DNA of 64,000 nucleotides from Torpedo marmorata (Eukaryota). Where the stretch lies: assembly GCA_977017645.1 (NCBI GenBank), contig OZ360223.1, positions 28,768,001-28,832,000 on the forward strand, given 5' to 3'. Positions 44,795-57,957 of the stretch are shown here, in pieces. Under the pieces are notes generated by a model that did not search any database, was not told the origin of the DNA, and saw only the letters and a list, made by a program, of their open reading frames with translations. The position numbers were made by a program, and so were the translations under genes. Every line of letters begins with the position of its first letter. The stretch's first letter is position 1.

Positions 44795-46660
44795 TTAGAC
44801 CACCTGTGTGTTGTTGTCGGCTCTATCTTGGTGGATGCGTGGTGGCGAAGGATCTGGCAAGCCATCCCCCGGAGCTGGGGTCACTTGCCATGGTAACGGT
44901 GCATCGTGGGTGGCGGTAATTGGGGAGGGGGCAGGGCGGTCGTCAGTGGTGTCAGGGACTCCTGAGGGCGCCAGGTCCCGAACGGAGACCGTGTCCTCCC
45001 GCACACCAGGGTATGTCACGTAGGCGTATTGGGGGTTGGCGTGGAGGAGATGGACCCTTTCGACGAGTGGGTCATGCTTATGGCTCCTCGCATGACTCTG
45101 GAGTAGGACCAGCCCTGGGGACGTCAGCCAGGACGGCAGCGTGGTCCCTGAAGCGGACGTCCGAGGAAAGGAAAACATTCTCTCATGTGGAGTGGCATTG
45201 GTGGCTGTGCACAAGAGTGATCTGATTGAATGGAGTGCCTCGGGGATTACCTCTTGCCAGCGGGAGACTAGAAGACCTCTCGACCTTAGGGCTAGGAGGG
45301 TGGCCTTCCAAACAGTAGCATTCTCCCTCTCTACCTGCCTGTTCCCTTGGGGGTTATAACTGGTGGTCCTACTCGTGGCGATGCCTCTGGCCAGCAGGTA
45401 CTGACGCAGCTCATCGCTCATAAAAGAGGACCCCTGGTCGCTATGGATATAGCAGGGGAACCCGAACAGGGTGAAGAGGTTGCGTAGGACCTTGATGACT
45501 GTGGCCGTGGTCATGTCCGGACAGGGGATGGCGAAAGGGAAACGTGAGTACTCATCAATAATGTTGAGGAAGTACACGTTGCGGTCAGAGGAGGGAAGGG
45601 GTCCCTTGAAGTCGACGCTCAGGCGTTCGAAGGGGCGGGTGGCTTTTATCAGGTGCGCTCTGTCTGGGTGGTAGAAGTGCGGTTTGCACTCCGCACAGAT
45701 CTGGCAGATCCTGGTCATGGTCCTGACCTCCTCGATGTAGTAAGGTAGGTTGTGGGCTTTTATGAAATAGAAGAATCTGGTGACCCCGGGGTGACAGAGG
45801 TCGCTGTGGAGGGCTTGTAGGCGGTCTATTTGTGCGCTGGCACATGTTCCGCGGGAAAGGGCATCTGGGGGCTCATTGAATTTACTGGGCCGGTACAAGA
45901 TATCGTAATTGTAGGTGGAAAGTTCGATTCTCCACCTCAGAATCTGGTCATTCTTAATTTTACCTCGCTGTTGGTTATTGAACATAAACGCAACTGAAAG
46001 TTGGTCAGTTACCAAGGTGAATTGTTTTCCAGCGAGGTAGTGTCTCCAGTGCTGTACCGCCTCGACAATGGCTTGGGCCTCTTTCTCGACAGAGGAGTGT
46101 CGGATTTCTGGGACCTGGAGGGTGCAGGAAAAGAAAGCTACGGGTCTGCCCACTTGGTTGAGGGTGGCTGCCAGGGTGAAATCGGATGCATCGCTCTCCA
46201 CCTGGAACAGGGTGGATTCATCCACAGCGAGCATTGCGGCCTTGGCGATGTCCGCCTTGATGCTGCTGAAGGCCGCACGGGCCTCTGACGTCAGGGGAAA
46301 AGAGGTGGATTTGATGAGGGGGCGGGTCTTGTCCACATAATTGGGGACCCACTGGGTATAATAGAAAAAGAAGCCCAGGCACCTTTTCAGGGCTTTGAGG
46401 CTGTGGGGAAGGGGGAGTTCCAACAGGGGGCGCATGTGGTCTGGATCTGGGCCAATTACTCCATCCTGTATGACACAGCCAAGGATAGCAAGGCGGGTTG
46501 TGCCAAAGACGCATTTATCCTTATTATAAGTAAGGTTGAGGAGCTTGGCGGTCTGAAGGAATTTTTGGAGGTTGGCTTCATGATCCTGTAGGTCATGGCC
46601 GCAAATGGTGATATTATCCAGATACGGGAATGTGGCCTGCAGCCCGTACTGGTCAAGCAT
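44795..46660 (-). pseudogene. pol: Gypsy C pol fragment (RT C-half, RNase H, integrase; 621 aa open)
   Basis: YLDN (catalytic D changed to N), ESDASD, SVDFKGP, HSDQG; cut off from the N-terminal part by the Rex1 insertion. Confidence 0.9.
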
Positions 46661-46727
46661 ACGGTCAATCTCCCGCTGGAAGACCGAGACCCCGTTGGTG
46701 ACACCAAAGGGAACCTTCAGAAAATGA

Positions 46728-48486
46728 GAGAATCAGAATCAGAAGATATTGTCATGAACAAGTCATGAAATTCGGTGTTTTGCGGCAGCATCGTAGTGCA
46801 ATTAACATTCATATTATAACCATCTTACGACATTACTATAAAAAAATATAAATAATAGTGCACGAAAAGTAAGGCAGTGTCTTTGGTTCATTGATTATTC
46901 AGGAATCTGATGGCAGCGGGGAAGAAGCTGTCCTTGTGCCGTTGAGTGCTCGTCTTTAGGCTCCTGTACCTTTTTCCTAATGGAAGCAGAGTGAAGAGGG
47001 CAAGGCCTGGGTGGTGGGGGTCTTTGAGGATAGAGGCTTCTTTTTTAAGACACCGCCTCATGTAGATGTCCTCGATGGAGTGAAGTTTGGTGCCTGTGAT
47101 GTCACAGGCCGAGTTAACAACCCTCTGGAGTTTGTTCTTGTCCTGGGAGTTGGCGCCTCCATACCAGGCAGTGATGCAACCAGCCAGAATGCTCTCCACG
47201 GTACACCTGTAGAAGTTTACGAGAGTCTTCGGTGATATACCGAATCTCCTCAGACACCTCACAAAGTATAGCTGCTGGCGAGCATCTTTGTGATTGCATT
47301 AACGTGGAGGCTCCAGGACAGATCCTCAGAGATGTTGACACCCAGGAATTTGAAGTTCTTGACCCTCTCCACGACTGAGCCCTCGATGAGGACTGGGTCG
47401 TGTTCCCCTGACTTCGTCCTGAAGTCCACAATCATCTCCTTGGTTTTGCTGACGTTGAGCTCAAGGTTGTTGTCGTTACACCATTCAACAAGCTGATCTA
47501 TCTCCCTCCTGTACGCTTCCTCATTGCCGTTTGTGATTCTGCCGACAACTGTGGTGTCATCGGTAAACTTGTAGATGGCATTGGAATTATGCCTGGCCAC
47601 ACAGTCATGGGTGTATAACAAGTAGAGCAGTGGGCTAACCATTCATCCTTGGGGTGCGCCTGTGCTGATAATCAGTGAGGACGAGACGTTGTTTCCAATT
47701 CGTACTGACTGTGGTCTTCTGATGAGAAAGTCAAGGATCCAGTTGCAGAGTGGGGTACAGAGGCCTAGAGTTTGTAGCTTCTTGACCAGCACTGAGTGAA
47801 TAATGGTATTGAAGGCCGAGCTGTAGTCGATGAAGAGCAGCCGTATGTATGAATTGTTGTTTTCGAGATGATCCAGAGCTGAGTGGAGAGCCAGTGATAT
47901 TGCATCTGCTGTGGAGCGATTGTGACGATAGGCGAATTGCAGTGGGTCCAGAGCTTTGCTTAGGTACGTGTCAATTCTGGCCATGACCAGCCTCTCAAAG
48001 CATTTCGTCACAGTAGAAGTTAGTGCTACTGGGCGGTAGTCGTTGAGGCAGCTCACACTACTCTTCTTGAGTACCTGGATGATTGATGCCCTTTTGAAGC
48101 AGATGGGAACCTCTGACTGCCGCAATGAGAGGTTGAAAATGTCCGTGAACACTCCCGGCTAGTTGGTTGGCGCAGATTTTCAGTACCCTGCCAGGTACGC
48201 CGTCAGGGCCTGACGCCTTGCGAGGGTTCACCCTCTTGAATGATGTTCTGACGTCACCCTCAGAGATAGATATCACAGAGTCCTCAGCCTTTTCAGGGAT
48301 TCTAGTAGGCACTGTTTGGTTCTTCTTCTCAAAGCGGGCATAGAAGGTGTTCAGCTCATCGGGTAGTGAAGCATCACAGCCGTCTATAGTGTTCTCCCTC
48401 AATGGCCTGCACTCCCTGCCATAGCTGGCGTGTATCTGTCTCTGTCTCTAGCTTCCTCCGGAATTGCCACTTTGCTTCAGAGATGG
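46728..48486 (-). mobile_element. Rex1/Babar LINE inserted in the RT of Gypsy C
   Basis: ORFs 48058-48402, 47643-48152, 47259-47642 and 46888-47262 are Rex1 RT; (TCTGAT)n tail; Gypsy FEAD..HFLKVPFG flanks the insertion. Confidence 0.92.
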
Positions 48487-50378
48487 ACATCTGCCTCGAA
48501 GGCAGTGTATTGGCGGTCCTCCGGTCGGATGGGGAGTTGGTGGTATGCCGACTTTAAATCGATTGTGGAGAACACCCGGTATTGGGCGATCTGGTTCACC
48601 ATGTCGGCTATGCGGGGGAGGGGGTATGCGTCCAGCTGCGTATATCTGTTGATGGTCTGACTATAATCGATGACCATCCTGTTTTTCTCCCCATTCTTTT
48701 CCACCACCACTTGGGCTCTCCAGGGGCTGATGCTGGCTTCGATGATCCCCTCCTTCAACAGCCGCTGCACTTCCGACCTGATAAAGGCCCTGTCCCCGGC
48801 ACTGTATCGCCTACTTTTGGTGGCCACAGGTTTGCAGTCGGGGGTAAGGTTAGCGAACAGTGGTGGGGGGGGTGATCCGGAGGGTAGAAAGGCCGCAGGT
48901 CGCGCGCGGTGGGCAATTGGTGGGTCGCTGGCTGGATGCGATGGGAGGGGTAACTGGGGCGCTTCTGTGGGTGACTTGCGATGGGCGGTTTACAAACTGC
49001 GGATTACAGACGGTGAGGGGGGATGGGGCCCAGCATACTCCAACATCACGGTTTTAAGGTGACATTGGAAGTCTAGCCCCAGTAACACGTCCGCGCAGAG
49101 CTGTGACATAACAAATAGTTTAAAAAGTTTATGCTCTGTGCCCAGCACAGTCAGGGTCACTACACAGTAACCGCGGATCTCTGCTGTGTGGGACTTGTAA
49201 GCCATGGAGACTTTGTGGCTTACCGGCATTACCGCGAGGCGGTAACGCTGTACCGTGTCGGGGTGTATAAAACTCTCCGTGCTCCCACTATCGAAGAGGC
49301 AGCTCGTCTTGTGGCCATCCACCTCAATGTCCATCATCGATCTGGCCAGTTGATGGGGGCTCCCTTGATCCAGTGTGATGGAAGCCAGTACTGAGTCGCT
49401 GTCGGGGTGATGCAGTGTTCGGGTGTCCGAGATGGCGCCTTCCAAGATGGCGGCCTCCATGTTTCGCACGCGGCACTGCTGAGTTGGGAAGATGGCGTCG
49501 TCCAAGATGGCGGCCCCCATGGTTCGCATGCGGTGCTGCTGAGTTGGGAAGATGGCGACGCCCCATATGGCGGCGCCCTCTCCTCACATGCGGCGCTGCT
49601 GGGTCTAGATGGCAGTTTGGACTTGCAGACTTTCGCGTAGTGCCCCTTCTTCCCCAGCTAGCGCAGACCGCGTCTTTCGCTGGGCAGCGCTTCCGGTGGT
49701 GCTTATCCAGCCCGCAGAAGTAACACTTCGGCTGATCGCATATCATAGCAGCCATGGTCGAGTCGTTAATGGAACGTGGCGGTGTTCCACAGGCTTGTGA
49801 CCCTCCCACTTCCCAAGACAGCAGAGCCTTCAGCAACCAAGATGCGACCGTGCTATCAGCAGAGTACGCGTCCATGTTTTGGAGGGCCACTTCTAGCGTG
49901 CCCGCTAGGTCCACGGCCCTCTGCAAGTTGAGCTCACCTTGCTCCAACAGTCTCTGCTTTATGTAGTTCGATCGGATAGCGGCGACATAGGCGTCTCTTA
50001 TGAGGACCTCTGTGTACGTCGCGGCTGTAACGGAATTGCAGCTACAGGCCCATCTGATGGTTCATCGCTCGATTCCCCAGGTTGCTGTTTTCGAGTAGCC
50101 AGGAAATGTCTCGCATAGACTTTATTTACCTTCTTCAGGTACTGGCCTTTCAGCGTGTCCATGGCCTCCCGGTAAGATTCAGCGTCCCTGATCATCGAGT
50201 ACATCCGGGGCCCGACCCGGGAATGTAGCAATTGCAGTTTGTCGTCCTCAGATTGAACGACAGTAGCGGAGGCCCTCAAGAATGCCTCGAAACAACGCAG
50301 CCAGTGTTCAAAACCGTTGGATGCCTTGGATGATTGAGGGTCTTGCTCCAACTTTTTAGGTTTCAGGTATTGATCCAT
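48487..50378 (-). pseudogene. gag-pol: Gypsy C gag-protease-RT N-part, frameshifted
   Basis: ORFs 49998-50390, 49324-49947 (CYFCGLDKH), 48990-49529 (LFDSGS) and 48477-48827 (IDLKSAYHQ). Confidence 0.88.
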
Positions 50379-50519
50379 TATCGAAAACAATGTGAATAAA
50401 ATTGATGCATCATCAATAACTCCAAAAGACTAAAAGTTAAGCAGGAACTGATAGGCTTTTATTCACATTGGAATGGATGCACATTCCTGGTGGTCGTCTG
50501 TGCTGGACTGGGGAGGGAG

Positions 50520-53500
50520 TGATGAGCCCATCAATAACTTCAAAAGACTAGAAGTTGTACTTGAACTGAAAGGCTTTTATTAGCAAAAGAATGGAGCTAC
50601 ATCCGTGCTGATAATCTGTCCTGGACTGGGGGAGGAGTGGTGGCACAATGGCCTTTATTCAGGGGGTCTGTGGGAGGAGCCACCAGGACAGTCAGCAGAG
50701 GGCATGTCCAGACATATCACCCAGCCCACAACCAATACATAGTGGTTTACCACATTCACTCCTCCTTTTAAAAGAGTCCCACGGGGTGAAGGATGTAACA
50801 ATATTTACAAAGAATTTACAAATTACAAATTACAAATCGAGTCGATCAGGCGGTCGAGTCCGCCGCTGTGATCGGCGCGGTACTTGTGGTGATGGGGCAA
50901 GCGGCAGTGCTGCCTCCTGCCTGATTTGGGGCACCAACACGTCTGGTGTTCGCAAAACCTCGTGTGTATATACCGGTACGTTTGGTGTCAGGTTTGAATT
51001 GGGTGGTGCCTCTTGTGTGTCTTTAATGGTAGGTGCGGGGGTGACAGTAACTATGGAGTGTTCGGGGGCGGGCACCAGGTCCCGGATGGAGACCGTGTCT
51101 TCCCGCCCATCAGGAAAAACCACGTAGGCGTACTGGGGGTTCGCATGTAGTAGATGAACCCTCTCGACCATCGGGGCGTATTTATTGCTCCTTACATGTT
51201 TCCGGAGCAGCACTGGCCTTGAGGACGTCAGCCATGCTGGTAGGGTAGTCCCGGTGGTCGACTTCCTGGGGAAGGAAAAGAGTCTCTCATGAGGGGTGGC
51301 ATTGGTGGATGTGCATAGCAGGGAGCGAATGGAGTGGAGTGTCTCGGGAAGGACTACTTGCCAGCGGGAGACTGGTAATCCCTTAGACCTGAGGGCTAAG
51401 AGTGTGGCCTTCCAGACCGTGGCGTTCTCCCTCTCCACTTGTCCATTTCCCCAGGGGTTATAGCTCGTGGTCCTGCTCGTCGCGATACCCCTGGCCAGCA
51501 GGTATTGGCGCAGCTCGTCACTCATAAACGAGGACCCTCGGTCACTATGGATATAGCCGGGGTTCCCAAACAATGTGAAGAGTTTGCGGAGGGCTTTTAT
51601 GACCGAGGTGGTAGTGGTATCGAGGCAGGGAATGGCGAAAGGGAACCGCGAGTACTCGTCAATGACGTTGAGAAAGTACACATTGCAGTCAGTGGAGGGG
51701 AGGGGGCCCTTAAAGTCGACGCTTAGTCACTCAAATGGGCGGGTTGCTTTTATCAATTGTACCTTGTCAGGTCGGTAGAAGTGCAGTTTGCACTCTGCGC
51801 AGACTTGACAGCTCCCGGTCATCGTCCTGACCTCTTCCAGGGAGTACGACAGGTTACGGGCTTTCACAAAGTGGAAAAGCCGGGTGACTCCGGGGTGGCA
51901 GAGGTTGCAGTGGAGGGCATATAACCGGTCAATCTGTGCACTAGCGCACGTCCCCCGGGATAGAGCGTCGGAGGGCTCATTGAGCTTCCCGGGCCGGTAC
52001 ATGATATCATAGTTGTAGGTGGAGAGTTCGATTCTCCACCTCAGGATTTTATCATTTTTGATTTTACCCCGCTGCTGATTGCTGAACATAAATGCGACAG
52101 AGCGTTGGTTAGTCAGCAAGGTAAACCTTTTGCTGGTGAGATAGTGCCTCCAATGCCTGATAGCTTCCACTATGGCTTGGGCCTCTTTCTCCACTGCTGA
52201 GTGCCGAATTTCTGGGCCTTGGAGGGTACGGAAGGAAAACGCCACCGTCTTCCCGCCTGGTTGAGGGTAGCAGCCAGTGCGAAGTCGGACGCGTCACTCT
52301 CCACTTGGAAGGGAGTGTACTCGTCCACCGCGTGCATTGCTGCTCTGGCAATGTCTCCTTTTATGAGGCTGAAAGCTTCACGTGCCTCCGCTGCAAGGGT
52401 TAAAGTGGTGGACTTGACTAGGGGACGGGCCTTGTCCGCATAATTAGGGACCCATTGAACATAGTAGGAAAAGAAGCCCAAGCACCTTTTGAGGGCTCTG
52501 AGGGTGTGGGGAAGCGGTAGTTCCAACAGGGGGCGCATGCGGTTGGGGTCGGGGCCGATAACCCCGTTCTCCACAACACACCCCAGGATAGCAAGTCGGG
52601 TGGTTCCGAACACGCACTTATCCTTGTTATAGGTGAGGTTAAGTGCTTTGGCCGCCTGGAGGAACTTCCGAAGATTGTTATCGTGGTCCTGCCAGTCGTG
52701 TCCGCAGATAGTGATGTTGTCTCGGTATGGAAAAGTGGCCTTTAATTTGCATTGGTCCATCATCCTGTCCATCTCCCTCTGGAAGACGGATACCCCATTT
52801 GTGACCCCAAAGGGGACGTGCAGGAAATGATAGTGTCTGCCGTCCGCCTCGAAGACGGTGTAGGGGCGGGTCCTCCCGGCGGATGGGAAGCTAGTGGTAG
52901 GCAGATTTGAGGTCTATGGTGGAGAATGGCTTATACTGAGCTATCTGGTTCACCATATCTGCAATGCGTGGTAGAGGGTATGCATCAAGCTGTGTGAACC
53001 TATTAACGGTCTGACTATAATCTACCACCATCCTGTTTTTCTCCCCGTTCTTGACGACAACCACCTGGGCCCTCCAGGGACTCGTGCTTGCCTCAATGAT
53101 CCCTTCCCCAAGTAACCGCTGCACCTCTGACTTAATGAATGCCCTGTCCCCTGCGCTGTATCTCCTGCTTTTGGTTGCCATGGGTTTACAATCAGGGGTC
53201 AGATTGGCGAACAGCGTTGGGGGCGGGATCTTGAGGGTGGATAGGCCGCAAGTAGTGTGGTGTGACGAAATACGTCTGCCGTTTTTAAGAAACTGGTGAT
53301 TACCGACAGTAACTGGTGGGAGGGGCCCATCATACTCCATCGTCACACTTTGGAGGTGACTCTGGAAGTCGAACCCCAGTAGTTCAGGGGCACACAGTCG
53401 GGGCATGACCAATAGCGTGAAGTCGCGATATTCAGTGACCTGCACCACTAGCGTCTCTACACAACCCCCCCGGATATCTGTTGTGTGCGACCCGGAAGCC

Positions 53501-55008
53501 ATGGCAACCCTCTGGCTTACCGGCTGTGTCTTGAGGCCGCATCGCTGTACCGTGTCAGGGTGGATGAAGCTCTCTGTGCTGCCCGTGTCGAACAGGCAGT
53601 TTGTTCTGTATCCCTTGACCAGGATGTCCATCATCGACCTCGCGAGTTGGTGGGGTGCACTCTGGTTGAGTGTAACTGACGCCAACGTTGAGAAGCTGTC
53701 TTGATCCGACGTGATGGGGTGCCAGGTGTTCCGGGGTGGCGGCACCCATGGGTCGCTGTCTTGATCCGACGCGATGGAGTGCCTGCTGTTCCAGGATGGC
53801 GGCACCCTGCGTCGGCGCGATGGCACGGAACAAAATGGCCGCTCCCATGAGTCGCACGTGTTGGCTGCGGGTAAGTAAGATGGCGGCGACGGAAGTGACG
53901 ACACACGAGATGGCCGCCCCATGTCTCGCACATGGTGGTGGCGGACGGGCAAGATGGCAACGGCAACAATGGCGACCCCCATGCCTCGCACGTGGTGCTG
54001 CTTGATCCCGCTCGCAGTTTAGATCTACAGACCTTAGCGAAATGGCCTTTCTTCCCGCAGCTGGAGCAGGTCGCTTCTCGGGCCGGGCAATGTTTCCGGG
54101 GGTGCTTTTCAAGTCCGCAGAAGTAGCATTTCTTGGACTCGTGGCTGACGGCTGCTGTGGTCGATTCACCGGCATGGTGTGGAGTCTGCGGTATCCACGG
54201 AGCCGGCGGGAGATCGCGCATCTGGATAGCATCAGAGTTCAGTAGCGCGGCCTCCAGTGTATCGGCCAGCTCGATCGCGGAACGGAAGGTGAGGTCAGCT
54301 TGTTCCAGTAGCTGCTGGCGCACATACACTGACCTGGTCCCCGTAATAAAAGTGTCTCTTACTAGGAGCTCTGCGTGTTGTTCGGCCGTCAGTCCCTGGC
54401 AGTCGCAGGCCCGCACGAGTGTCTGTAAGGCCCGGACGAACTCCGCGCTCGACTCCCCGGGCCGCTGCTGCTACGTCGCTAGCCGATGTCACGCATATAC
54501 AGTATTAACAGGCCGTATATACTGTCTTTTAAGGGCATTCATAGCGTCTTCGTAAGTCTGCAGATCTCTGATCATGGAGTAGACCCGTGGGCTTACCCTA
54601 GAGAGGAGGACTTTGCATTTTGCAGCATCTTCTTGTACCTTGATCTCCTCCAGGAACGACTCAAAACAGGCTAGCAAGATTTCAAAAGCATTGCCGGCCT
54701 CTGGTGTTTGTGGATCGAAGTCCAGCTTGTCTGATCTCAAGACATTCTCCATGCTTACAATTTTGCTAATAAAATTGATGAGCCCATCAATAACTTCAAA
54801 AGACTAGAAGTTGTACTTGAACTGAAAGTTTTTTATTAGCAAAAGAATGGAGCTACATCCGTGCTGGTAATCTGTCTTGGACTGGGGGAGGAGTGGTGGC
54901 ACAATGGCCTTTATTCAGGGGTCTGTGGGAGGAGCCACCGGGACAGTCAGCAGAGGGCATGTCCAGACATATCACCCAGCCACAACCAATACATAGTGGT
55001 TTACCACA
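50520..55008 (-). mobile_element. Gypsy LTR retrotransposon B nested in the 5' LTR of Gypsy C, 5-bp TSD GGGAG
   Basis: LTRs at 50520-50754 and 54776-55008; TSD at 50515-50519 and 55009-55013; PPT aaaaggaggagtgaa. Confidence 0.95.
50830..54752 (-). pseudogene. gag-pol: Gypsy B gag-pol with multiple stops and frameshifts
   Basis: ORFs 54489-54752, 53631-54416, 52891-53991, 52170-52772 (YRDN), 51727-52245 and 50830-51681 are colinear with Gypsy A. Confidence 0.9.
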
Positions 55009-55618
55009 GGGAGCTGTGGCACAATAGCCTTTATTGAGGGGTCTGTGGGAGGACCCACAGGTACAACCAGTAAGGGGCATGTCCAGACGACCATAAACAT
55101 ATATACAGGTGTTTACAGTGGTTTACCACATACCAGTACAAACTGAATTAAATTATCAACAAGTAGCACTGGCTGTAAGTCGCATATACTCTGGGGCAGA
55201 AGCCATGCAGGAGTAAATGATTGTTTATTTCTAAGAGATTCAATGTAAATTAATTTACTTTTAAGACTGACACATACACAAAAAAGTGGGTCATTATCAT
55301 CTGACTTTCCCTGATTATAGATTGAATTTGGTAGCTCATTGTTCCTAATATGAACGAGTTTAATTTTGTCTGCGTCATGTTTGCAATAGGTCAAAACAAA
55401 CAGGTATTTCTGTGCACTGTTTAATTTCATGTGTGTTAATAATTGATCACTTTTTTCCTATAATAAGTAAATGTATTTTGTAGCCAGGCTATTAACCCTG
55501 TCGTATTAAATGTCCTTTTGTATTTCCTTTATTATCTGAGATGAATTCAGAGCATCAATAGCCTTTAAAATTCTAACATGACATTATTTGGATGAAAACG
55601 TAATCGACAGTAGCTATG

Positions 55619-55831
55619 GAAGTAGAACACGAAAGTCTGCAGACACCGTGGTAAAAGTAAAAACACAATGCTGGTCAAACAGCGTATTTTATGTAGCAAA
55701 GATAAAGATACATAATAAAGATATCTTGATGAAGGGCTCAAGCCCGAAACGTTGGTTATGTATCTTTATCTTTGCTATATAAAGTTCACTGTTTGACCTG
55801 CTGGGTTTCTCCAGCATTGTGTTTTTTTTCT
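55619..55831. mobile_element. Fold-back mini-element made of inverted Penelope pLTR halves around a hammerhead-like core, 12-bp TSD
   Basis: ACAGTAGCTATG at 55607-55618 and 55832-55843; the arms are reverse complements of each other. Confidence 0.8.
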
Positions 55832-56962
55832 ACAGTAGCTATGCTGACTTCTGGGATCATTCTGTTGAAGGGTTAATCTGGTGATTTACACCAGAAGTGA
55901 TTTGATACATTTAACCTCACCTTAATATAATTAGTTTGTGTAAATCATCTCGGAATCTATTGAGGGACATCAGTGGACTAGTAATTCAATCTGCCCAAAA
56001 TGTGTAGGTGAGAGTCAGAGGCAGGCCACCAAGTGAAGCTAGAGACAGAATCAGATACTCGCCAGCTATGGCAGGGCTTGCAGGCGATTACATCCTACAA
56101 GGCAAAGCCCAACATTATAAATAGCTGTGATGCTTCATTCCCCGATGAGCTGAACACCTTTTATGCTGCTTTGAAAAGGAGAATTGAACTGCACAATGAG
56201 AATCTCTGCAGAAGCTGGCAACCCTGTGATAGCTGTTTCAGAGGCCAACATCAGAACGTCTTTCGAGAGGGTGATCCCTCGCAAGGCATTAGGCCCTGAT
56301 GGCGTACCTAGCAGGGTACTGAAAATCTGTGCCAACGAACTAGCTGGAATGTTGACAGACATTTTCAATCTCTCACTGCTGCAGTTGGAGGTTCCCACCT
56401 GCCTCAAAATGGCATCAATCATACTGGTGCCCAAGAAGAGCAGAGAGAGAGCTGCCTCAATGACTATCACCTAGTAGTACTCATATTTACTGTAATGAAA
56501 TGCTTTGAGAGGTGGTCATAGCCAGAATGAACTCATACTTAAGTAAAGACCTGAACCCACTGCAATTCACCTCCACCACAACCGTATCACAGCAGACACA
56601 ATCTCACTGGCTCTCCACTCAGCCCTGGAGCACCTGAACACGTACATCAGGCTGCTTTGCATCGATTACAGCACAGCCTTCCACACCATAATCCCCTCAA
56701 TACTGGTCAGCAAGCTTCAAAACCTAGGCCTCTGCACCTTCTTTTGCAACTGGATCCATGACTTCCTCATCGGAACACCACAGTGAATGCGGATTGGTAA
56801 CGACGTCTCCTCCTCACTGACAATCGACACAGACGCACCTCAAGGATGCGTGCTTAGCCCACTGCTCTACTCTCTCTCTCTCTACACCCATGACTGTGTG
56901 GCTAGGTACAATTCAAATGTCATCCACAAATTTGCCGATGACACCACGGTTGTCAGTCGAAT

Positions 56963-57462
56963 TGTGAAAGAATAAGTTTAACGAATATGCTTAACAAAGG
57001 GTTAATGAGTTGGGTGAGAATATAGTTGCCTTGTAACATTGGTGGGATGTGACTGCCTTCTAACATGACCTTCCCTGTGCTATAGTGAGATAGTAACTAA
57101 CACCACAAAGAATGTAGTAAAAGTAAATAAACCAAGAGTAAGGACATCCTGACATTTCCAAGCTATTTGCAGACACCACAAGGGAATATGTTATTGTAAA
57201 AACAAGAATCGCCAGCTGTGTGAAACGCGTGTGAAACTTGTAGGGTCTCACGCAGAACCCTGCCCAAAGGTGTATAAAAGTGGGACGAACACTCTGTATG
57301 CTTTGAGTGGAGCTCAGTGTAGAGAACGAGTTACTGAACTCTTTCTTTGTACCCCTCACTCCCGCTAGCATTATCAAGGCTGAATAAAGAAACTGTTGTA
57401 CACTTAATTGGTTCTGATGTGTTCTGCTGTTTGTTTTATTACAGTGCGGGCTGATTTTCACA
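56963..57462 (+). mobile_element. Solo LTR, 500 bp, 4-bp TSD GAAT
   Basis: TGTGAAA...TTTCACA ends; GAAT at 56959-56962 and 57463-57466; TATAAAA near 57273 and AATAAA near 57384. Confidence 0.88.
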
Positions 57463-57798
57463 GAATCATAGATGGCAGTGCAGAAGCTTACAGGAGTGAG
57501 ATAGATCAGCTAGTTGAGTGGTGTCACAACAACACCGAGAACTCAATATTAGCAAAACTAAGGAACTGCTTGTGGACTTCAGGAAGGTGAAACCGGGAGA
57601 ATACAAACCAGTCCTCATCGAGGGGTCAGCAGTGGAAAGGGTAAAGAACTTCAAATTCCTGGGTGTCAACATCTCTGAAGCTGGGGCTTCCATGTCGATG
57701 CAATCATGCTCGCCAGTGGCTATACTTCGTGAGGAGTTTTAGGAGATTTGGTATGTTACCAAAGACTCTTGCAAATTTCTTCAGGTATACCATGGAGA

Positions 57799-57957
57799 GT
57801 AAAACACGAAAATCTGTAGACACCGTGGTTGAAGTAAAAAACACAAATGCTGGAGAAACTCAGCAGGTCAAACAGTGTCCTTTATGTAGCAAAGGTAGGA
57901 ATACATAACCGACGTTTCGGGCTTGAGCCCTTCATCAAAGTATGAGAAAATGCCGGG
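57799..57957 (-). mobile_element. Isolated Penelope pLTR with hammerhead-like motif inserted in Rex1
   Basis: Reverse complement of 18555-18715; Rex1 YTMES|ILTGCITVW is continuous across it. Confidence 0.85.

Larger units (their letters stand above)
44423..55130 (-). mobile_element. Gypsy LTR retrotransposon C, degenerate, hosting a Rex1 LINE and Gypsy B
   Basis: 3' LTR at 44423-44656; 5' LTR split into 50403-50519 and 55009-55130; gag starts at 50378 (MDQYLKP); probable TSD CATAC with loss of one CA at the right junction. Confidence 0.92.
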
